A DNA stretch of 64,000 nt, from positions 146,320,001 to 146,384,000 of the forward strand of contig OX597815.1 in the NCBI GenBank assembly GCA_951406725.2, given 5' to 3'. The notes below the pieces were generated by a model. The model ran no database searches, was not told the DNA's origin, and saw only the letters and a program-made list of their open reading frames with translations. Each line of letters opens with the position of its first letter. Within the stretch, counting starts at the first letter, position 1. Both the position numbers and the translations under genes were made by a program. The DNA is from Octopus vulgaris. Its lineage: Eukaryota. Shown piece by piece: positions 55,749 to 64,000 of this stretch.

Positions 55749-55751
<3 letters not shown>
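55722..55751 (+). repeat. Interstitial telomeric repeat (TTAGGG)5 inside (TA)n
   Basis: Five exact TTAGGG units, directly visible. Confidence 0.9.
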
Positions 55752-55799
<48 letters not shown>

Positions 55800-55800
<1 letters not shown>

Positions 55801-56016
55801 GATGGGGTACTGAAAGGTTCCTGGGTTTTAGGGTGTCGCGGCGGCCTTGTTGGAAGTCTAATTTTCCAAGTCCTTCTACACGGCCTAGAAAAATTGAAGG
55901 ACCGCTGTAATAAGTGTGTGAATCTGAGATGGGAATATGTTGAAGAAAATCCTAATTTATTCATCCTTCTGTATTCTGTTTTAACTAAAAGCAGGAACAT
56001 TTCAGCACCCCTTCGT
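55800..56016 (+). mobile_element. Mariner-derived MITE (TIRs plus transposase C-terminal remnant)
   Basis: TIRs ggggtactgaaaggttcctg and caggaacatttcagcacccc. Internal [21 protein letters not shown] matches the mariner C-terminal motif. Confidence 0.8.
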
Positions 56017-56042
56017 CTCTCTCTCTCTCTCTCTCTCTTTAA

Positions 56043-56122
<80 letters not shown>

Positions 56123-58784
56123 ATATCTATTTATCTATCTATCTATCTATCTATATATATATATATCTCATTGTATGTATGAATACATTGCGACGCTATC
56201 ATAACGGCTTATATAGAAGTATTTACCTTTTTAAACACGATCACAAAAATAAAATACACACACACGAACACACACACATACAAGGATTAGACTTGTCGAA
56301 TGTTTTCTCTTCATGGAAATACGTTGCAATTTGTTCTAACTTTATAATACATACAATATGTGACATTGTCTCCTACCGGCAAATTGTTTTAATTTCTAAC
56401 GCTTTGGTAGTATCTTTGGAATTTTCAAGAAGACTTGGGGATCAATAACTGCTGAGTATAGAATATGATACTGCCAAACCTTAAAGGAAACGCATTGTAT
56501 TCCTGTTCCATGTTAGTTTCCAACTAAAATATGACAATTTCAGATCTTTATATTTCAATCATGTGGTGTTAATAATGAACTAGTTTATAAAATAAAGGTT
56601 TATCAAACGACTATAATATATCATATGTTAAAGTGGTATTGTGTTTAGGTTTTAGCGCCTTGTTGTTTCCTTTTTTTAAAATGTTTCCTTTTTTTAAAAC
56701 TCGGAGTCTATCATTCACCAGTGAAGATGATTAACGAAGAAAATTAATCACGGTTTCTATGCTAAATTTTCCTGTTCTTAGAATCTTCTGTATCGATGTT
56801 ACAGCGCAAGTAGAATTGTGGTAGTCTTGTCCTATTACACTGATTCGATATCACAGCCAAACTTAATCCGATACGATATCTCTTTCACTTCGTGACTCTG
56901 TATGTGCGTGCTGGGAAAGACGTGTTCATTAGTGCAATTTGAACCTTGAGCCCAAAGAAACTGTTAGGTAGCCGTAAGACATCTCGCCCGATACTCAATC
57001 AGTTCTACTAAATTAAGAGGGGGTACATGTACTTCATTGATAGACACCGTGCGAATAGGAGGTATAATCGACATTGATTGAACATAGCACAGAGCCTTCT
57101 GTCAATCGCTCTACCGATTCTGCCAGTTCGCCACCTTTAAGTTATAACATAAGAACTGCCGTGCTGCAAAGTTTGTCAAATCGATTCTGCGTTGTTAGAT
57201 GTAGTAAATTACTATATCGAATATTTGATCAGTGTTTGATCAATCGAACATTAAACAAATATCAAAAAGAAAAAAAAAGGACTTGTTTGATGTGTCATTT
57301 TTCTGTATTTTCGCTTGAACTTAAAATTCTTCCCGTATATTGTCAGGGAAAAAACCACAAGCAAACTGGCTTTCATCATGTTCCGGATTATAGTGATGCT
57401 GACCTCCAAAACCTCACACTGTAACTTTGAAGGTATACAAATGTATGTGTTTTATACTCATATATATTGTGAATTCCTATGAAAATGTAGGCGTTGTGAA
57501 TCGCATCTTTTTACAGTAAGTGAAGCATCTCGTGTGATAGTTATATCATACATAAAAGATGAATCCAGTATCATAGAAATATACAGGCTCTATACCAATG
57601 TGTTACACTTTGTCTTAAACGCACGGAGGTGTTACCGATTTGATCTCATTTAATATATGTTGACCATTGGATGTTTATGATATCAGAAGTGATATCACTG
57701 AATTTGATTACCCTTAACACGCCATAAAAACTTATGTAAAATAATGTTATACGTTAATATAAAATACAAAAAAGCTTTCGTCAGATCTGGTCATACTATT
57801 TTATAACCTAATTAACGATATTGATATTTTCCTACAGTGATTAGTACGGTGTGATATTCCTTTTGATCTGAATATAATTTTGTTATTTATTATTTTCTTG
57901 TCATAAAATTATGTCATTTGTGGTTGAGATAAATTGAAGTATCAGATAGAAGAGATACAATTTACAAGTTATTTCTTAACAAAGAACACGATAAATTTAT
58001 TTTTTCCGATGGCATACAACCCTCTACTAGTATATATATATATATATACATACAAGGTCTGTGTAATAGTTAAAAATGTAAGAGCAATGAGCCCGCAGTC
58101 ACAACTGGAATGTGAAATTTTAAACAAATATTTTGTTGCTTAAATGTAACATTCGTATAACTTGTCACTCCATGTTGGCTTTATTTTTATGTTCAGTAAT
58201 TTTGTGATCCATACATAAAAACATATTTCGTGTTAAGCTTAACACTGATGCATGTTACGAGAATTTCCGACTGGAAATAGAACATACCCCACCAAATTCT
58301 TGTTACAGTATCCGTTTTAATATTGTTATGGCTAGCTTGTACCGGCATAGTCATATGATAATGAAATCAAACCAGTTAATGATATTTTGATTGCATTAAC
58401 ACGTACATTTAAGAAAATGTATAATAAATGAAAAGGACATTCTATTTCTTACGGAAAGTCTTTCTCAGTCAACACATATCAAAATTTGAACAAATTTTTG
58501 AAATTTGCCGCCCATTTGATGAGTGAGTGGACACACGAAAGTTGCACTCAACACATTTCGTAAAAGTGGCATATTTAACAACTTAGTTTCGTCGTTTCGT
58601 TCAACGAACCAATGAAATTTTAATCTGCATTGAGTTGCGTCAAACCGCTGTCAAATGAATATCGGAACTGAAATGGCACTCAAACGCGATCCTCCGTGAT
58701 GTGAAACTGGGATAATGAGAAGAACGTCTCTTTTAATATATTGTATATTCCACATCTTATATTGGACTATTATCTCCGGCTCAC

Positions 58785-58930
58785 CAACGCTTGTACTTTC
58801 CATTTTTCTATCTTTCTCGTCTTTTCTATCTAGATGCTCAAACGTTGTTTTGTTTTCTTCATCAATTGCATGCAATTGCGTAAACATGTTCGAGTGAAGC
58901 TTTGCTAATTTTTTTTTTCTAGCTGTCACC
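58785..58930 (-). CDS. Candidate internal coding exon, product unknown
   Basis: Acceptor ttttcgtttag| and donor |gtgagc bound a 146-nt open frame: VTARKKKLAKLHSNMFTQLHAIDEENKTTFEHLDRKDEKDRKMESTSV. No homology recognised. Confidence 0.3.
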
Positions 58931-59146
58931 CTAAACGAAAATATGGCATCACTGGTCAGAAACACTGGATGCTTCACTCTAGAATTTAGATTTATTTTTA
59001 CTTCTGCTGCTACTGCTGTTAATACCTGCTGCTGCTACTACTACAACAAGAGCAACAGCAAGAACGACATCTACAACAATAACAAAAGCTACTAAAACTA
59101 CTACTAATACAGCAACAAAACAATAATAATAACAACAATAACAACA

Positions 59147-59190
<44 letters not shown>

Positions 59191-59440
59191 CACCACCACG
59201 GCTACTGTTACTATTACTGCTACATCTGTTTATTTGATAGTTTCACTTTTTCAGGTCATTAATTCACTGACTCCATGTAGTATAGAATACCAAAAGAAGA
59301 CAAAATGAAAGAGACTAGGCGAAATAGAACTAAACACCGAGTAACCTGACCATTTGTGAGCATCCAACCAGATTGCAGGTCCTATGTAGAAAAACACCTT
59401 ACCTCCTGGAATCTGTCTACACAAACACGCGCGTGCACAC

Positions 59441-59471
<31 letters not shown>

Positions 59472-59521
59472 TGTATGTATGTATGTATGTATGTATGCAT
59501 GTATGTATGTATGTATGTATG

Positions 59522-59590
<69 letters not shown>

Positions 59591-59794
59591 AGTGAATGGA
59601 ATAATATTAAACTAATTAAACTAATAATATTAAACTTCAATTATCCGCTCCAACGCACGGTTGCAACACCAAATGGTCTTATCTCCAACCGTGCTGTTTT
59701 CCGCTGTGATTTTTGCTACCCAGGTATCGGTTAAACCTTTGAATAATCTGTTACAAGAAAATTCATCTTTCTATTTCAACATATATATATATAT

Positions 59795-60149
59795 ATACGA
59801 ATTTACCTACACGCTAGGCCACTGGTAGTAACAATTTCTAAAATGTTTATTACTCTGATATTATTTTTTCTGGATAATTTTCGAAGTAACGCCGGTAAGA
59901 AAAAGTCAGAAACCATGGTCCAGGAGATGGATAGCAAATGTTTGTATTTTTCATTCCTTTCGAAGTTTATCCCTAATAGTGGTTTCGTTTTTGGCTGTTC
60001 CTTCTAGCGTTCCAGGAATCCTATGACGGATACCGCTTATGTGTTTAAATGTACACTGTATTTATATGAATAATATATAGTCTATTGACTTAAGTTTTCT
60101 ACACGCTAGGCCACTGGTAATAAAAATTTCAAAAATTTTTATAACCCTG

Positions 60150-60153
<4 letters not shown>
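59795..60153 (+). mobile_element. Pseudo-LTR-like element: 292-bp unit with an ~55-bp terminal direct repeat, HHR half-site only
   Basis: ctacacgctaggccactggta at 59807 and 60099. GAAAC catg GTC cagg at 59909-59924. Body aligns with 55075-55310. Flanked by (TA)n. Confidence 0.65.
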
Positions 60154-60197
<44 letters not shown>

Positions 60198-62258
60198 TAT
60201 GTATATCATGTTATGTAGATACGTAAATAAATCCCTAAACACGGAAGACTTGAAATTCCTACCCTACATTGGTTGTGACAGTTTGTCTTCATATTAATGT
60301 TACTGCAATATTATTTACAGTTTATGATTCTTCTTTTCATATTGGTGACCGTTTCTGAAAGTGAAGTAATGTTAGTTCATAACTATTCGCTATCTTGGCC
60401 AAATGAGATAATTTTCTATATTTAACAAAAGATTAAACGTTACCTGACTGTTCTTGTTTGCCTCATTTAGACTTTGACATGATACTCGCTCGTAAAATTA
60501 TGGTACCTATAATGTATATGATTTCCTTTGATAGAAGTATTTTTACAGTGTTAAGTGTTCATTTTATTAGCTCTGAAACATAATTTTAGCTCGTAGTTTC
60601 ATATGTGTCAAGTATACAATGTAAAAGCTTCAACTGTCATGATATTTTTTATGGTTAGAAATAATCTTTTGATAGTTATTTGATAAGTATGCGAGGAACC
60701 TCATAGGAGCTCAGCAGGAGGAAAGTTTCTCTGCTATTCTGGAAACTTTTCCGTGGCAGATTGAATGATGACATTCTGCGGCGTATTTCCCCTGTAAAGA
60801 CGCGTTGGTAGAGCCATACCTGATCGGTTTGTTTAATTCGCCTCCCATGTGTAATCAAGTTTATTTTACTCATAAAATACGAACACAGTCATAATCTGAT
60901 TCTAAAATTTGCTCTCATGCCATAGTGCAAGGTGAGTCTCTTTGTAAAATAGGAATCAAACACTTTGATTCTGAAGGCAACTGTTTAGAAGTATCGAAGA
61001 TATTCATATACTTATCGATGATAAAGACGTCTTTTTCAAAAGAAATAATTGCCCAGAGGCTCCTGTCATTTGTCACCAAAATAAATAAAACAAATTTCAG
61101 TAATCTTAGAAGAAATGTCTACTCTACCGCTCAAAGCGACAAATTAAAAAAAAAGGTAACCTTCTTCAAATCTTATATCCAACAATCTGACAGAAAAGGT
61201 AGCATTAGCGAATATTGTCCATGATAGGAAGAAATTAAACGCATGATAGTGATAGCTAATAAACAATCAATGTCATAACTAAGCTATGATTTAGCTACAA
61301 AAAAAAATTCAAATTGATTAAGGAAAAAGTAGGTGAGTTACTCAATAACCGTATTTCCTAATTACAGAAAAAGCATTAATAAATAACAAGTCACGAAAAC
61401 CTTCATGTTATTTGCAACATCTTAAAAGAGTATTAACAAACTTTTAGAATTACTCATATATTTCTGAATATCACAGTAATATGATTTTATGCAGCGTTGT
61501 TTGAGAAGAATATTTATAATATAGGAAGTTATTACATAAACATAATTAAATGATTCTTATTTTCTTATCAAACATAATGGATTACGTAACATAAGGACTT
61601 ATAAGTATTCAAAATGATTTCTATCATACGATTTCTATCATAATATAATTATTTGCAAGACAGTTTTACATTAAGTACATAAAAATAATGATGATATTCA
61701 TTTTTTCTTCGCATGAGGTTATTATGAGGCAGAAACTGTGTATTCGAAGCAGACTTGATACATGTCAATGCTAAACATCACGTGGAACGTAAAGTATTAA
61801 ATTAGCCTCGTAATACTGTCATATAAAATTGTGACAGACAAATGTGCGTATATACACACATACACACGCATATTTAAGAATAGATACATGCACATTTATG
61901 TACCTATCTACGTATATTTATATATGTTGTGCATGTAAATATATATGTATATGCGTATATACATTCACACACATATATATCTGTATATAAAGTCGCAAAT
62001 TGACGTATATATAAGAAATTCGTTTTAAAACGAAGCGGTGCTAGGCTCGAATTTAAATCGAGACTTCATGTAAGGCGCAGTCACTTCATATAACCCTGAC
62101 TGACCTATACCTTGTGAATGAAATTCTGTAGACCAAAACGTTCTACTCAAGAAGTCCGTACAATCCACGTTTTGTCGCTTCCAGCAGCTCAATCTTCTTG
62201 GTGTAGTAGCTCTATGTATATAAATAATTATGCATATACGTGTGTAAGTGAAGTACAT

Positions 62259-62520
62259 AAAAACCCCCTTCGGTCATGAATGACCTTGGGATTGCACCTA
62301 AAGAATTCCCCTCCGATGTGCAAGTCCGTGCAAGGTTGTTTATGGAAGAGCAGCATTTGCACATGCATACCAGCCTCCACTCTTCACGCCATCGACGTTA
62401 TCCAAGAGTAAACCAAAAGCCGAAACAGCTTAGCACCTAGGATGTCGCATCTCATTTGTACAGCTCAGTGAACGGGAGCATCGTGAAATAAACTGTGTTG
62501 CTCAAGAACACAACACAAAG
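62259..62520 (-). mobile_element. SINE family E (CORE-like block plus RTE-like 3' tail), head missing
   Basis: Reverse reads tgtgttgtgttcttgagcaacacagtttatttcacgatgctcccgttcactgagctgta...ggtcattcatgaccgaagggg. Older relatives lie at 33490-33740 and 54330-54535. Confidence 0.6.
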
Positions 62521-63658
62521 ACATTACTCCCGAGAGGGAAAACCAGGAAATGCATGTAGTGAGTGAATATAGATAAAACATTTTCGAGGGTCTAGTAATT
62601 AACGTTGGGATTGAAAGCTGTACCAACCCATGAATTAAACATCGCTGAATAGCATCAAATAACCCACTCCATGATGGCTATAGCCTCTGTTGCAGCCAGA
62701 AAAATATACATACATAAATATACACTTATATTGCATATTTTTCGTGTTACGATTTCTACAACTATAATTTTACTCATATAAAAAAGAAATGTCTATACAT
62801 TTGAAATATGAAATATATTTTATCAAGTATGATACCTTACGGGGCTGTAGACACATTCCACTATCGTTCAACTTACTCACTGATATATGAACATTGTTAT
62901 TATATTTATACTGAAACAGAAAACAATATGTGACTAGACGAATATAATCGTGAGATCAATAATCGTAGGAGGAGAAGCAACGGAGTCAGTGTGAATATAT
63001 AGAAAAATTGTTGAGATTGTTTGGAGTCGTATACGGATAGCTGACTAATTAGATTTATGTATTATGTAAATAAATATTTACAAGTCATGACTAGTTATCG
63101 GACGTTCTATGTACAATGTCTGACCATCCGAAAATTAATTTTTTAATGGACTTGTTTTTCATATAATGTGATCAATATAGACAGTTAAAAAATTTATAAT
63201 ATGTTATTTAATTTTGAATTTAATATATCGATAATTATAATTGCGGAATAATTATTATTCAATTTAAAAGATGGAGAAAAATAGTTCAAAATCAATTTAT
63301 TTCGTACTTGTTTTGATATATTAATTCACAAGTCGGTACTATTCTTAGCCGGAGAAAAAATATGGTAGACGAAATTTGCAATAATGAAGATTATAAAACT
63401 GTTTGGCATGAAGTAACCTGTACAAGTGTGTCGGAGATATGTAAGATTGTCAGGTGTTTACTTTAAAAAATGTATTAACACTAACTTGCAGGGTTATCAA
63501 GAGGCGGAAGAAATATGTAACACGTCTAAAATATATACTAACACAGGAATGGGTTTTTTCAAATAACTGACACTTTCAATATTTTATGAATAAGATATGT
63601 ATAAAACAGTTTCTCCTGTTGATTAGTTGTCACCTACAAAATAGAGATGATCATCTCA

Positions 63659-63685
<27 letters not shown>

Positions 63686-63691
<6 letters not shown>

Positions 63692-63880
63692 TGAAATTCA
63701 TAGAAAATCAAACGATGAAAACAGGTGTGGGAACAAGCATGTCTATTGATATTATTAGCCCGGGAAAAATGGAAATATCTTTTACGTTTCGAGCCTGCGC
63801 TCTTCCGCAGAAAGAAAGAAGAGGACATAGAGAGAAAAAGAGCGAGAAAAAACGTGTAGAGTTCAGCGATCCAAAATGGC
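63686..63880 (-). mobile_element. H1-family element with a variant HHR core (63779-63814)
   Basis: Minus strand: cttt CTGCGGA a gagc gcag gctc GAAAC GTA aaag. Stems I and II perfect, core A6>C, ends at (TA)n. Confidence 0.7.
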
Positions 63881-64000
63881 GATACAAAGGTATCTAATTT
63901 ATCTATCTGGTTGCTTTTAAGCTAACTGCTATGGAGGGCTCTTAAATAGGCTCTTAAATGCATCGAGTGCATATTAAATTTTATTAAACTCGGACAATAT

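Noticed and set aside
56848-56870. tatcacagcc, miR-2 family 5' end
   Set aside because: 3' half diverges and there is no hairpin partner.

Overview
AT-rich, microsatellite-dense eukaryotic non-coding DNA. The SINE families suggest a coleoid cephalopod, most likely Octopus (inference). No complete protein-coding gene is visible, and most ORFs in the supplied track are translations of (TA)n, (CA)n, (TATC)n or (TATG)n repeats or of SINEs. Identifiable content: (i) many tRNA-derived SINEs of at least five families; (ii) decayed transposon coding remnants (LINE ORF1 zinc knuckle, R4/Dong-type REL endonuclease, maT/mariner transposases, MITEs); (iii) a tRNA-Asp-derived pseudogene with an internal duplication and an interstitial (TTAGGG)5; (iv) two tentative minus-strand host exons, one of them poly-Q and missed by the ORF track. 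The main finding is a dense set of short non-coding elements carrying type I hammerhead ribozymes (HHRs). There are about 12 motifs from roughly 7 sequence families, nearly all inserted in or beside (TA)n tracts, often with the partial tandem and inverted-end layout of Penelope-like pseudo-LTRs/retrozymes. They include one fully canonical HHR framed by CRE, TATA and AATAAA motifs (27.7 kb), a palindrome encoding two opposed HHRs (55.5 kb), and two HHR elements nested in the internal microsatellite of the same SINE family. All folds were made by eye, and coordinates of decayed elements are approximate.
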